A DNA stretch of 64,000 nucleotides from Vulcanimicrobiota bacterium (GCA_963820825.1 CAWGBN010000007.1:192001-256000); one strand, 5' to 3'. Counted from the first letter of the stretch, positions 1-10,880 are shown. The notes: a model not told the origin generated them from the sequence alone. A program made the numbers and translations.

Positions 1-518
1 GCTCGCCATTCCGTTCGAGACCGTCGCCGGGCCCTTCCCGTTTCGAGACTTCTGATCTTCTTGACGTTCGTCGTGCTGCTGGTAACGCTGGTTGGACAGG
101 GCGGCACGCTGCCGTGCACTGATCGCCGGCTGGGGATCGAAGGACGACGGTGCCGCCGTGCGCGAGGAGCGGCTGGCGTTGATGGCAACGGCCACGCGCG
201 GGTTTGCGGGACTCGACGAGCTGGAACGCGAGGGGAATATACCCGCCCGACGTCTGGAACTGCACCGCAAGCGACTCAGGCGAGGCTCGCCGAGTTCACC
301 GGCGGACGGCGGCGAGACGCGCGCCGCGCAAAAGACCGCGCGCTATCGGCGAGCTCAGCGCGAGCTAATCGCGGCCGAGCGTGCAAAACTCATCGAGCTT
401 CGCGACACGCGGTAAGATCGACAACACGGTTTTACGGCGCCTGCAGCGCGTCTTCGATCTCGAGTCGGTCGAGCTCCAGGTCCTCGGTACGACCGGTCAT
501 TCGGACATCGAGGAGTAG
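1..518 (+). CDS. CPA1-family Na+/H+ antiporter, C-terminal part (truncated by window edge, contains frameshifts)
   Basis: Stitched frames read LAIPFETVAGPFPFRDFLIFLTFVVLLVTLVGQGGTLP...RELIAAERAKLIELR...IDNTVLRRLQRVFDLES, the typical last TM helix and cytoplasmic tail of bacterial CPA1 antiporters. Stop TAG at 516-518. Confidence 0.7.
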
Positions 519-545
519 CGTCGCGCGCCGGGGAAGCGGTTGGCC

Positions 546-1895
546 ATGATGCTGCGCTACGTTGCCGTCGTCTTCTTCACGCTTGCCGGATGCGCGACGG
601 GCACGCAATCGACGCTGCCGTATATGCGCGAAGACGCCACGCTGCGTGCCGTCAACGCGACCGGCGCCGGAAAAATCACGCACGTGATCTTCATCGTGCA
701 GGAGAACCGCAGCTTCGACAATCTCTTTCAAGGCTATCCCCACGCGGATACCGTTTCGCAGGGTATGAACTCGAACGGACAGACGATTACCCTTCAGCCG
801 TCGTCGCTAAAGACCGTCTACATCATCGATCATTCGGTCTACGGCATGTTTGCGGCGTGCAACGGAACGGGAAGCGTTCCCGGGACGAACTGCCGCATGA
901 ATGGATTCAACAACGAAGACACCTTCGGCGGACCGCAGAACCCGCAGTACGTCTACGTTCCCCATGACGAATCGAAGCCGTACTTCGACATGGCCCACGA
1001 GTGGGTCGTCGGCGACCGCATGTTCCAGTCGCAGCTCGACGAGAGCTTCGTCGCCCATCAGTACGTGATCGCCGCTCAAGCCCAATCGAGCGTCGATCTG
1101 CCGTACGGCGGATATTGGGGATGCAAAGGCGGGCCGCCCGACGTCGTTGAGACGATCACCCAAGACCGCAACCCCTACGGTCCCACGCAACAGGCCTGTT
1201 TCGATTACGAGACGCTCGGCGACGAGCTCGACCAGGCGAAGCTCACCTGGCGCTTCTACGCGGTACGCTACGGCAACGATGCCGGCGGCAACGGCGGCAC
1301 GTGGTCGGCTTATCAGGCGGTCCGCCACATCTTCTACGGCCACGATTGGAAGAGAGACGTCATCTCACCGAATTGGAAGTTCATCACCGACGTGCGCGCG
1401 GGCAAGCTCGCGAACTTCACCTGGATCACGCCCGAATGCGCCGAGTCGGATCATCTCGAATGCGGCGGCGGATACGGACCGTCGTGGGTTTCAGCAATCG
1501 TCAACACCGTCGGTGCCAGCAAGTTCTGGGATTCGACGGCGATCTTCGTGCAGTGGGACGACTGGGGCGGATTCTACGATCACGTCGCCCCCTCGTACCT
1601 GGATTACGACGGCACCGGCTTCCGCATTCCGCTCTTGGTCATCTCGCCGTACGCCAAGAAGAACTACGTCTCGCACACGCCGTATGAAACGGCGAGCGTT
1701 CTCCGCTTCGCCGAGGACCTTTACGGCCTCAAACAACTCGCCGCCGCGGACGCTCGCGCAACGTCGCCGGCGGGAGACTGTTTCGACTTCACCCAGAAGG
1801 CGCGCGCCTTCGTAAAGATCGAGGCTCCGTACCCGGCGAAGTTCTTTATCCGGCATCGCTTCTCGAGCAGTTACTTCGCGCCGGACTACGAGTGA
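546..1895 (+). CDS. Phosphoesterase/phospholipase C family lipoprotein (AcpA/PlcH-like)
   Basis: Lipobox LAGC; motifs HVIFIVQENRSFD, WDDWGGFYDHV and GFRIPLLVISPY. Confidence 0.9.
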   Translation: MMLRYVAVVFFTLAGCATGTQSTLPYMREDATLRAVNATGAGKITHVIFIVQENRSFDNLFQGYPHADTVSQGMNSNGQTITLQPSSLKTVYIIDHSVYGMFAACNGTGSVPGTNCRMNGFNNEDTFGGPQNPQYVYVPHDESKPYFDMAHEWVVGDRMFQSQLDESFVAHQYVIAAQAQSSVDLPYGGYWGCKGGPPDVVETITQDRNPYGPTQQACFDYETLGDELDQAKLTWRFYAVRYGNDAGGNGGTWSAYQAVRHIFYGHDWKRDVISPNWKFITDVRAGKLANFTWITPECAESDHLECGGGYGPSWVSAIVNTVGASKFWDSTAIFVQWDDWGGFYDHVAPSYLDYDGTGFRIPLLVISPYAKKNYVSHTPYETASVLRFAEDLYGLKQLAAADARATSPAGDCFDFTQKARAFVKIEAPYPAKFFIRHRFSSSYFAPDYE

Positions 1896-1904
1896 GGCGC
1901 TCGA

Positions 1905-2477
1905 GTGCCCGACCACCTCGAGGTTGAGCCGCACCGGCTGCAAGAAGACATCGCCGAAGCGCACGAATCGCTCGCCGAGAAACAGGGCGACGAGCGGCCG
2001 CCGATATGGGTACGCTACGTCGGTTTGACCGCCGCGATTTTTGCGGTGATTGCCGCAATCGCGGCGCTGCGCTCCGGTGCGCTGATCAACGAAGCCACGA
2101 TCGACCAAATCAAAGCCTCCGACACGTGGACCGAGTATCAGGCGTCGCGCGAAAAGGAGCATCTCTACACGATCGCGCTCGACGAGCTGACCGATCGCGG
2201 ATCGAAGAATACCAAGCGAATGAACGCCTACCGCGGTCAGATCGCCAAGGAGGTCGGCAAAGAGCAGCCGCTCGCCACGCGAGCGCGCAGCCTCGAAGAG
2301 GAGTCGGCCGCGGAAGTGCGCCGCCATCACGCCTTCGAATACGCCGTTGCGCTCTTGCAGGTCGCCATCGCCCTCGGCGCGGTCTCCGCGCTCGCGCGTT
2401 TCAAACCGGCGTGGTTCGTAAGTTTAGCGGCGGGCGTTGCCGGTGTCGCCGTCTTTCTTTGGGGGTTCGCGATTTAG
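1905..2477 (+). CDS. DUF4337-like membrane protein
   Basis: TM segment AAIFAVIAAIAAL followed by KASDTWTEYQA, then two C-terminal TM helices (LLQVAIALGAVSAL); recognised from memory as the DUF4337 pattern. Confidence 0.7.
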   Translation: MPDHLEVEPHRLQEDIAEAHESLAEKQGDERPPIWVRYVGLTAAIFAVIAAIAALRSGALINEATIDQIKASDTWTEYQASREKEHLYTIALDELTDRGSKNTKRMNAYRGQIAKEVGKEQPLATRARSLEEESAAEVRRHHAFEYAVALLQVAIALGAVSALARFKPAWFVSLAAGVAGVAVFLWGFAI

Positions 2478-2548
2478 GGGAAGCGCTCGTGTAAGTTACG
2501 GCGGGGTGGGTATAGATTTCGTCTCTGAGCCCCGCAGGAGAACCAGCG

Positions 2549-3109
2549 ATGCGCACACTCACCCTGCTCCTTTTCGGCCTCGCGCTTACGGCTCAACCCG
2601 CAGCAGCGGCTACGGATCCCTATGCCGACGTTAGCACGATGCGATCCGCGTTTACGCACGTTCGCTCGGTCGTTGCGGTGGAACGCTTCAGCACCGGCCA
2701 AACCGCAACGGTCGAGTTCGCCTCTCCGAATCGCTACCACATCGTCATGCCGCGCTCGCAGATCATCCTTGCGGGAAACGTCGAGTACGCGCGCGCCAAC
2801 GGGGGCAGTTGGCGACGAGCTCCTCACGGCGCGGAGCATCAAGCCTTGCTCCAGGCAAGCTGGCAGCTCGCCGGACCGCCGAATATCGATATCCACCGGC
2901 TCTTCACGATCACTGCCCTCGGTACGCGAACGATCGACAACGCTCCCGTGCGCGGGTACCTGCTCCACGATGCGAATGGTGCCTATACTGAGACGATCTG
3001 GATCAACGCCAACAATCTCCCCGCGGCCGCGCGCATCGAGATGCCCACGGAGACGGTCGACATCCACTATATCAACTACAACGCCTCGGTCTTGATCGCG
3101 AAACCGTAA
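2549..3109 (+). CDS. Secreted hypothetical protein (possibly LolA-like fold)
   Basis: SD AGGAG upstream, Sec signal peptide MRTLTLLLFGLALTAQPAAA and beta-strand-rich body. The fold call is a weak guess. Confidence 0.6.
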   Translation: MRTLTLLLFGLALTAQPAAAATDPYADVSTMRSAFTHVRSVVAVERFSTGQTATVEFASPNRYHIVMPRSQIILAGNVEYARANGGSWRRAPHGAEHQALLQASWQLAGPPNIDIHRLFTITALGTRTIDNAPVRGYLLHDANGAYTETIWINANNLPAAARIEMPTETVDIHYINYNASVLIAKP

Positions 3110-3169
3110 GAGTCCGGGCCCGCCTGGTAGAACGTTCACAGCCTCAGAACCGAGGCCGTGAGGTGAGCA

Positions 3170-4816
3170 ATGCCGTACGCCGATCCTAATGCGTCGTTCG
3201 ATAGCGCCATCCGGCATTTTTTTCGTTATCTCGGCGACGTCCATCGGCTCAAACAGAATCCGCTGGTGCGCCGCTTCTTTGTAGGCGACGTCGTGCCGGC
3301 GCGATCGGCCCGCGTTCGGGACGAAGCGGCGCTGGCGCTCGTCCACCGCCTCGTTCGGGAAGCCGCGCAGCGCAGCTGCGACAGCGATGCGGCCGCAGGA
3401 CGGCACGAGCAGTCCCGCTGCAAGCACGCGATCGTCGCGCTGAATCTGCTCGGCGGGGAATCCGTCGAAAGCGTCGCGCGAACGCTGGGCGTATCAGCTC
3501 CGCATTGTTATCGCCTGCGAGCCGGCATCTGCAAGGCGATCGCCCAGCAGATTCAAGCCTACGATGACGAGCCGCCCGCCACGACCCTCCCCGCACTCGA
3601 CGAGTTTCGCGCGCGAATGTCCCACGCGGCGCTGCGCATCCGCATCGGCGACTTCGACGGCGCCATCGACGAGTACGAGCGCCTCGCGCAATCGAGCGGT
3701 TCGATACCGCGAAAGGTCGAGGCGCTCGGGCGGCTTTCGACGGCGCTGGTCGAGCGCGGGCGCGTCGATCGCGCCGAGGCGGCGCTTTCGTCGGCAGAGC
3801 GGCTGCTCGCAACGAATCCGGCTTCGCTCGGAGCCTCGGCGCGCGACATCGCTCGAGCACAGACGGAGTTCGCGCGATGGCGCCTGGCATCCGAGCGATG
3901 CGACCCGCAGGGTACCCTCGATGCGATTGCATCGGCCGCCGCACGCTTGGCCGGACTTCGCGGCGTGAAGCCGGATCACGTCGAGGAACTCCACGCCGAG
4001 GTGCTGCTCTACCTGAGTTGGACGCTACGAAACTACGGCGACTCCCGTGCCGCCGAGGAACGGGCGCTCTGCGACGCGGCGTCGGCGATCGCCCGCGTTC
4101 GGTCGCCGCGGCCCGCGCTCGCACTCGAGATCGGGCTCATCTTCGAGCGCACGCGCAACACCCGCATCCTCGACGCCGCGCAATGGCGACCGGCGCGGCG
4201 CCGACTGGAGGCGCTCACCGAACTCGACGAACGCGCCCGCGCGCTCGGCTCGTTCGATATCGATCTCAGCGCCGCGCTCGGATTCGTCGAGTACGGCGCC
4301 CAAATGGGCGATATCGAACTGGCCTGGCGGGCTGCCCGTTACGCGCTTTCGCTCGCGCGCCGGCATCCCAATCCACGCTTCGTTGCCGAGAACGCCGTGC
4401 ACGCCGCTGAGATCCTCGCGTATACCGATCACTGGCAATACGCACCGAGGCTGTTGCGCGAAGTCGATCGCGACGTGCTGTGTCTGGCTCGCCGCAGCGT
4501 GCGGGAGTGCGTCGAAGCCCTCTGTCACCTGCGTGCCGGACGCCATCACCGCGCGTGGAGCCTCGCGACCGCGCCCGAGCGCGCGGCAGATACGCCGCTC
4601 TACGCGGCGAAGATGAGCGCGATTGCAGCGAGCGCCGCCGAGGCATTGGGCTTGCACCGCAACGCGACCGAGCTCATCGAAGGCGCCGTTTCGCAACTGG
4701 AGGAGATTCGGACCGCGCTTCCGTTGCGCTACTCCTACCGACTTGCGGCCGAGATCACCGGCGATCGCCGATTCGGTCGAAAGGCCGATGACGTAACCTA
4801 CTTGGTCACGAGCTAA
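3170..4816 (+). CDS. Hypothetical HTH + TPR-like helical protein, putative regulator
   Basis: SD GAGGTGA; HTH-like segment ESVESVARTLGVSAPHCYRLR followed by Ala-rich helical repeats (GDFDGAIDEYERL, GRVDRAEAAL). Confidence 0.6.
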   Translation: MPYADPNASFDSAIRHFFRYLGDVHRLKQNPLVRRFFVGDVVPARSARVRDEAALALVHRLVREAAQRSCDSDAAAGRHEQSRCKHAIVALNLLGGESVESVARTLGVSAPHCYRLRAGICKAIAQQIQAYDDEPPATTLPALDEFRARMSHAALRIRIGDFDGAIDEYERLAQSSGSIPRKVEALGRLSTALVERGRVDRAEAALSSAERLLATNPASLGASARDIARAQTEFARWRLASERCDPQGTLDAIASAAARLAGLRGVKPDHVEELHAEVLLYLSWTLRNYGDSRAAEERALCDAASAIARVRSPRPALALEIGLIFERTRNTRILDAAQWRPARRRLEALTELDERARALGSFDIDLSAALGFVEYGAQMGDIELAWRAARYALSLARRHPNPRFVAENAVHAAEILAYTDHWQYAPRLLREVDRDVLCLARRSVRECVEALCHLRAGRHHRAWSLATAPERAADTPLYAAKMSAIAASAAEALGLHRNATELIEGAVSQLEEIRTALPLRYSYRLAAEITGDRRFGRKADDVTYLVTS

Positions 4817-4914
4817 CGCGTCCGCCGCGGCGCCGCGCCCTCCGTTTTATCGCAACGCTTCCGTTTTATCCGAATGCCGCGGGTGCCGCGGCGCCTTCGC
4901 GAAAACTGCGTCGC

Positions 4915-6108
4915 ATGAAGACTTCAACGTGGTGCAGGGCTCTGTTGGGCGCGCTTGCCGCCGGCCTACTCGCCGGATGCGGCAACGGTGCGCAGACGCC
5001 GATAGGCACCCTGACGCGGTCGAGCGGCTTCGCGCCGAGGCGCATGCTCGAGCTCCAAGCCGAGGGCAAGATCCCCGGCCCGTTTCCGAGGGCCGTCTTG
5101 CAGCAGGAGCTCAAGGAGATCGAGGGACATCCTCGCCCCCGCATCGAGGCTCATGGAAACGCGTCATCCGTGGCAATTTGGGCGACGAACGCCGAGTTCA
5201 ATTATCTCCTCGGCCTGAGCGCCAACGGCAAGAAGACGATCGCAGCGATCGACCTTCAGCCGCAGGACTGCTACAACCCGTTGAGCGTGAAGATCGACGG
5301 ATCCCACAACGTTTGGGTGTCCTGCGAATACAACTTCCTCGGAACCGGGGGAGAGATCCTCATCTACAGTAGCGCCGGAAAACTGAGGCAAACGTACGCG
5401 TGGTCCCCGTGTCCGCCTTCTTACTATTACTGCCTCACGAACGGCTACGACGATGGGCGCGATGCCAAAGGCAACGTCTTTGCCGCCGTTTCGTTCTACA
5501 CGTATGGAAATCCGAGCGGATCGGCGAGCGGAGCCGGCTTTGAATGGTGGAATCACAAAACGCCGTCGGCGCCTCCGAGCCTGATCGGTTCCGGCGCGTA
5601 CTGCGCGCCGGTCTGCACGGTCTATTTCATGGACGTGGACAACGCGGGAGACATCTGGTTCACCTACTTCGGAACGCAGAATTCCGTCAATGGTTATGGG
5701 CTCGCCGAGGTGACGCATCCAACGACGAATCCGAAGGTCGTCCCGATTATCGCACCCGGCGCGTACCAGTTCGCGGACGGCGTCTACGTGAGCGATCGAG
5801 GCAAGACGCTCACCGTCACCGATACCGGTACCCGCAAGCTCTACCAATACCATCTGCCGATCGCTCCGGGCGCCGCGCCATTCAATATTCTGGGTCCAAC
5901 GCCGTTAACGCGCATCCACGCCGGGGCGCCGTACAGCGGAAGCTTTAACAAAGACGAGAGCCTCATCGTCGAAGGCGACGAGTCTGGCTGGCTCGACATC
6001 GGAACCGTCGCGACGAACACGTGGAAGCGCGCCTGGCGCAATCCCAACTTCTCGCTGGGCTTGGGCGGCGCAGCGTACACGCCGTCAGACAAAAAAGAGG
6101 CGCTCTAG
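4915..6108 (+). CDS. Lipoprotein, probable beta-propeller
   Basis: Lipobox LAGC; repeated blade-like motifs (VKIDGSHNVWV, DAKGNVF, DVDNAGDIWF). Confidence 0.7.
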   Translation: MKTSTWCRALLGALAAGLLAGCGNGAQTPIGTLTRSSGFAPRRMLELQAEGKIPGPFPRAVLQQELKEIEGHPRPRIEAHGNASSVAIWATNAEFNYLLGLSANGKKTIAAIDLQPQDCYNPLSVKIDGSHNVWVSCEYNFLGTGGEILIYSSAGKLRQTYAWSPCPPSYYYCLTNGYDDGRDAKGNVFAAVSFYTYGNPSGSASGAGFEWWNHKTPSAPPSLIGSGAYCAPVCTVYFMDVDNAGDIWFTYFGTQNSVNGYGLAEVTHPTTNPKVVPIIAPGAYQFADGVYVSDRGKTLTVTDTGTRKLYQYHLPIAPGAAPFNILGPTPLTRIHAGAPYSGSFNKDESLIVEGDESGWLDIGTVATNTWKRAWRNPNFSLGLGGAAYTPSDKKEAL

Positions 6109-6145
6109 CGGTAAGCTCGGGGTCGAACCTGGGTAACACCAGGGT

Positions 6146-6442
6146 ATGTCGCGAGCACCGCACTTCGATAAGATCGTGGAGCAAGTACACAAGCGCGTGC
6201 CGGAAGCGAAGGTCGAGACGACCGACGAGAATTTGCCGCGCTGGATGCTTGCCAACCGCGCGGCTTGGCTCGAGTACGATACTGACGGCAAGCTCTTGCT
6301 CAGCGGCACGAAGGGCGGCGGGTCGACCGTTACCCGCAAGCACAAGAATGACGAGACGGCCTCGGATGCCGCAGCCGTGATCGCCGAGCTTCTTCTCGAG
6401 CCGGTCAAGCCCGTGGAGGAAGGAGCCGAACGGCCGATCTGA
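6146..6442 (+). CDS. Hypothetical protein
   Basis: 98-aa ORF with natural-looking composition that fills the gap between neighbours. Confidence 0.55.
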   Translation: MSRAPHFDKIVEQVHKRVPEAKVETTDENLPRWMLANRAAWLEYDTDGKLLLSGTKGGGSTVTRKHKNDETASDAAAVIAELLLEPVKPVEEGAERPI

Positions 6443-6510
6443 CCTACTTCGGCTCAGCTTCAAAGGCGCGCCGGGCGCAGATCCGGTGGCCGTAATACGT
6501 TCAGCGCCGG

Positions 6511-7905
6511 TTACTCGCGGTCGTCGTCGGGGATTCCCGACGATCTCGGATGCTTGAGGAAATACTCCGCGCCGAGCGGTGCAGGGATGTGCGCAAAGGG
6601 TTTGGGTGACTGCGAAAAGTCGAAGCAGTCGGATAGATCGTCCGCGCGTACGTCGGTCGTGCCGAGCGAGCCGAGATTGAAAGCCTCCTCGGTGAACTTC
6701 AAGATGCTGCCGAACTCGTGCTGCTCGTGCGAAATGTAGCGTTGCTTTGCATAGGGTGAGATGACGATCAACGGCACGCGGAAACCGAGCTCGTAGGAGT
6801 TGTATTGCGCCGGGGCGACGTGGTCGTACCATCCGCCCCAGTCGTCCCAGGTAACGAAGATTGCGGTGTTGCCCCAAAACTTACTCTCGCCGATCGCGTT
6901 GACGACCGACGCAACCCACGATGGCCCCGAGCCGTCGGTGATGCCGGCATGGTCCGACGCTTGTGCCGTCGGTGTGATCCAGGTCACGGTCGAGAGGTTT
7001 CCGTTTGCGACGTCGGTGAGAAACTGCGACGGTGGCGCGACGACGTCGGTGGAAAACTGCGGGCTGTCGTACGTCGGCGAGACGGCAGCCGGCGCGTCCC
7101 AAAGCCCCGGTCCGAGGAAGCCCAGATAATAGTGCCACGTAAGCGACCGCCCGTCGATTAAATCCATCAGCGAGAGCCGATCGAAACAGGGGAAAATCGG
7201 ATGGCCCTCGCGCCCTCTTTCGTTAATGACGGGAACGAAGGTGTTCGGGCGCGAGTCGCAGCCGCCTCGATGGAATTCCGGCCCGGGACCGGCGGGGTTC
7301 TCCGACGCGCGCAACGGGGACCCGTTGCTGATCGTCGAGGTGCCGCTAATGAGGTACTGATGCGCCGGAAAGCTGGGCCCTTCGTTCGTTTGGAACATGT
7401 GATCCGCGAACGCGTAGGTTTCGGCCATGGTGTAGTATGGCTCGACTTCGCTCTTGGGAACGTAGGCATACGCGCGAACGTTGGCCGGTGGACAAGAGGG
7501 TTTCTCTCCCGCCGCGCATTGCGAACGAGCGCGATCGAAGCCGTCGAGCAGACCGTGCGCGTATTCGATTTTGAAGTTCTTATGGGTGTGGATGATGTCG
7601 AAGGGTGCCGTCAGCGGCGTGGCCCGTAGTCGTACGCGCTTGCCGCTCGAGTCTTTACCGCTACGTACCGTATCGGCTCCCCGCAACTCATGGAAGAGGT
7701 CGTCGACGCTCCGGTTCTCTTGAATGATGATAACAACGTGCTCGATTTTGCCGTCACCGGCCGAAGTATGCAGCGTCGATCCTGCGACCGACGGCAGAGG
7801 ACCGGCTCCGAAGGCCGCCGAGCTGACGGATGTGCCGCTGCAGCCCGACAGCAAGGCCGCGACGACCAGCGCATCACGTCGAATCCGCTCGGTACTCATA
7901 TCCAT
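6511..7905 (-). CDS. Phosphoesterase/phospholipase C family lipoprotein (second paralog)
   Basis: Lipobox LSGC; motifs HVVIIIQENRSVD, WDDWGGWYDHV and GFRVPLIVISPY. Start moved to the ATG at 7905. Confidence 0.88.
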   Translation of the reverse strand: MDMSTERIRRDALVVAALLSGCSGTSVSSAAFGAGPLPSVAGSTLHTSAGDGKIEHVVIIIQENRSVDDLFHELRGADTVRSGKDSSGKRVRLRATPLTAPFDIIHTHKNFKIEYAHGLLDGFDRARSQCAAGEKPSCPPANVRAYAYVPKSEVEPYYTMAETYAFADHMFQTNEGPSFPAHQYLISGTSTISNGSPLRASENPAGPGPEFHRGGCDSRPNTFVPVINERGREGHPIFPCFDRLSLMDLIDGRSLTWHYYLGFLGPGLWDAPAAVSPTYDSPQFSTDVVAPPSQFLTDVANGNLSTVTWITPTAQASDHAGITDGSGPSWVASVVNAIGESKFWGNTAIFVTWDDWGGWYDHVAPAQYNSYELGFRVPLIVISPYAKQRYISHEQHEFGSILKFTEEAFNLGSLGTTDVRADDLSDCFDFSQSPKPFAHIPAPLGAEYFLKHPRSSGIPDDDRE

Positions 7906-8128
7906 AAGCCTACCTGGCGGATACGACTTCCCTGAGAAGATCTTGCCCCGAAATCTCCTCGAATCTTCCCAAGACGGGAAGCCTCGCTCTTCGCCGCTCC
8001 GCATCCGCCTCGCCGCGTGCTAGCTTTGCCTAGCTAAAGGAACGAAGCTGACCGATTGGGCTAGAACGTACCAGGCCAGATCCGCCGATCGGCGCCGGGG
8101 TAGCTTATTAGACGAAGGTTGCCATGCA

Positions 8129-9108
8129 ATGAGAGGGCCTGTTCTTGGCTACATGCTAGGCATCGGCGTCATTGCAGCATTGCTCGCGGCGTGCGGCGCG
8201 CCTCGACAGGGTCAAGGTGACACGACGCTGCCGACCGCGGTGCCGCGAACGATCGGGCAGAGTCCGACCGAAGCGCCCGCCAAGTCTTTTCGCGTGTTGT
8301 ACCGGTTCGCCGGTGGCCGCGCCAACCACGCCTTTCGAATCGACATCCGGTGCAGTGAAATATCGGGTGCTCTACAGCTTCCGTGGCCGTGACGGATCGG
8401 AACCGCTCGCGAGCTTGATCGACGTCGATGGCACGTTATACGGAACGACGGCCGAGGGTGGCGCCCATAACGTTGGAACCGTCTTTAGCATCACTCCCAG
8501 CGGCAAGGAACGGGTGTTGTACAGTTTTCAAGAATCGGGCCGCTCCGGCAACTACCCTGCGGCCGCCTTGATCGATGTGAGCGGCACGCTCTACGGCACG
8601 ACGTTGAGGCGGGCCTTGGCAAGGCAACTCCGCGGGCAGCACGGTGACGGTCCGTCTTCGCATTACGTACCGGCTGGTCAAGGATACACGCGCTGCATAG
8701 TTTCGGGGACTCCGATAGTTCGGGTGTGCAGCGGAGTAAGGGAAGCTACTCGGCGGCACGGAACGCGGACGCTAAACATCTTCGGGCACCCCTATCGCAG
8801 CGATACGGCCGGAAATTCTGGCGAGCAGCTTTGATGGAGCACCGACGGTGCGACTCTAGCGGCACTAATCGTTGAAGGGGAGATTTACGGACGACCGAAG
8901 CGCGCTGTTCGGAACCCTGGCCCCGGTGACGGCACCGTCTTTAGCATCAGTGCACGGTGGCCAGGAACACGTGCTGCACAGCTTCGGCGCGAGCCACGAC
9001 GGAACGAGTCCCCGGGCGGGTTTGCTCGACGTCAATGGAACGCTATACGGTACGACGTGGAGCGGCGGTTCGTACGGCAAGGGTACTGTTTTTGCGTTGA
9101 CAGCATAG
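8129..9108 (+). pseudogene. GloVer-type tandem-repeat lipoprotein, disrupted (decay or low-quality consensus)
   Basis: Lipobox LAAC, then repeats LIDVDGTLYGTT..GG...GTVF.I...G.E.VLYSF in different frames. The DNA at about 8600-8960 holds degenerate copies of the same repeat. Confidence 0.65.
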
Positions 9109-9114
9109 CGAACT

Positions 9115-10707
9115 TCACTGCGTTTGGACGACGACCATCGACCAGGGTGACAGGGTGAGGTCGATGGAGTCGTTCCAGTTCGCTAACGTCGTGGCGCTCG
9201 GCGGATCCCAGACGTTTCTTGCGCTCTTTCTGTAGATCGCTTTGTCGTACGTAACGACGATACCGCCGCTGCCCGAGCTCTTACCGGTAATGCCGACTGC
9301 GACGTCTTGGGGAATGTGACGGTTGAGATTAAAGAGCATGAATGCGTAGCCGCCCTTGTACGTTCCGGCATAGACACGCACGTCGCCCGATCCCGTGACG
9401 GAAGCCCCGAGCATCCTCTCGCCGGCATGAACGAAATATGAGGCGGCGAGAAAGGCGCTCGCGGTCGCCAGCAGGGTGTTGCGCGGCGATCGAGCGGGAC
9501 GATTATGCGTCGGGCCATCCGAGAAGATCATCGCTCCGCCGTAGTTTTGCATCCCATAGACGTCTTTGCTAAAGTCCCCGCCGTTGTTTCGCGCGTCGCA
9601 GGAGCCCAAACCGACGTGCCAGGTCATTGCCAAGAGACCATCTTGCTCGACCTCTCCGACGGCCATTCCGGCGTATAACGCGCCGACTATTGACTGCGAT
9701 TGCCTGCCGTACGGGCCGAGCTCCGACGATATCTCCCCGAGATAGATCGGTGTATTCGGCTTACCCGCCGTTGCGAGTTCGCCTTTGATGGCGTTGAGTT
9801 CGCTCGTCAGCTGCGGCACGGCGTCATAGAGTAGGAACTGATCGCTGGTCGTCACCCGTTGCGGATAGTAGTGAACTTCGACGCAGTCATATTTGGCAGA
9901 GGCAAATACGGTTGCGTTCCACTTGCTCTTACTGTTCTGTAGATTGGCGTCGATGCAGACGCCGATATTGGGATTCGCGCGCTTAACGGCATCGTAGAAC
10001 GCCGGCTCGTTCGCGGAGTATTGATAGGGATCCCGAGACGACGTACAGCCGGGTTGGCGACAGTCGACCGCGCCCGGTACGTATTGCTCGTTGCCGACGG
10101 TCGCGAAAGCGACGTTGTAGCCTTTTCGTTCTGCGTAGGCGATCAAACCGGCGGCCTCGGCGGGATCGGCGCCGGCGGTGCAATCGGCGTTGCTGCCGTA
10201 GTTAAGCGTAACGGCAACGCGCAAATTCGCCGGGATTGCGATATCTTGCATGAGCGCGTCGAGCGTCGAAGCCGGATTCGCCTTGCCGGCGCACGGCGTG
10301 CTCGGCGGACCGTCGGTGCCCGTTTCCCAATGGTAGATGTCGGCCTGTGCGCCGCCGGGAAATCGCGTGATCGCTAAGTTCGCAGTTTGGAATGCTTGGG
10401 CGATGCCCGGTAAGGTGAAGTCGTACCATACCCCCATGCCCGACCCGAGGTCAGAGAGGTTCATCGCCGGTCCCACTTGCGACGGGTCGATCGTGACGGT
10501 CACGTTCGGTGCCTTCCGGTGATGCTTGCGGCGCCATAGCGGCGAACCGGTTGCGGCCTGACGACCGACCCCGGGCAAGTTCGAGCCTATCTGGGCGGGA
10601 AGTTGCGCACCACCATTACATCCACTAAGGAGAGCGGCGGCCAGGAGCGCGGCTCGACCGAGGAACGATTCAACGGCGGCACGACGCGCGGTATCGACGA
10701 CATCCAT
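9115..10707 (-). CDS. Clan GH-A glycoside hydrolase lipoprotein (GH51/GH44/GH79-like)
   Basis: Lipobox LSGC; RFPGG..AD.YHW; acid/base motif VGNE; VHYYP; putative nucleophile YLGE; C-terminal beta domain ending LSPWSMVVV. Confidence 0.8.
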   Translation of the reverse strand: MDVVDTARRAAVESFLGRAALLAAALLSGCNGGAQLPAQIGSNLPGVGRQAATGSPLWRRKHHRKAPNVTVTIDPSQVGPAMNLSDLGSGMGVWYDFTLPGIAQAFQTANLAITRFPGGAQADIYHWETGTDGPPSTPCAGKANPASTLDALMQDIAIPANLRVAVTLNYGSNADCTAGADPAEAAGLIAYAERKGYNVAFATVGNEQYVPGAVDCRQPGCTSSRDPYQYSANEPAFYDAVKRANPNIGVCIDANLQNSKSKWNATVFASAKYDCVEVHYYPQRVTTSDQFLLYDAVPQLTSELNAIKGELATAGKPNTPIYLGEISSELGPYGRQSQSIVGALYAGMAVGEVEQDGLLAMTWHVGLGSCDARNNGGDFSKDVYGMQNYGGAMIFSDGPTHNRPARSPRNTLLATASAFLAASYFVHAGERMLGASVTGSGDVRVYAGTYKGGYAFMLFNLNRHIPQDVAVGITGKSSGSGGIVVTYDKAIYRKSARNVWDPPSATTLANWNDSIDLTLSPWSMVVVQTQ

Positions 10708-10880
10708 GTAAGCCTCGCGTGCTAGATATTGTGAGAGTATTGTTTGGTTTGCGAGGCCGCTGTCGCGGATCCCAGAGGAAAGCCGCGCCAGAGGTCTGAG
10801 TGATCATAAGACGTCGTCGGCGCAGCCTCCTGGCGACTTTCATTAATTATTTGCAAACGGACCGAAACGCCCAGGGAAAG

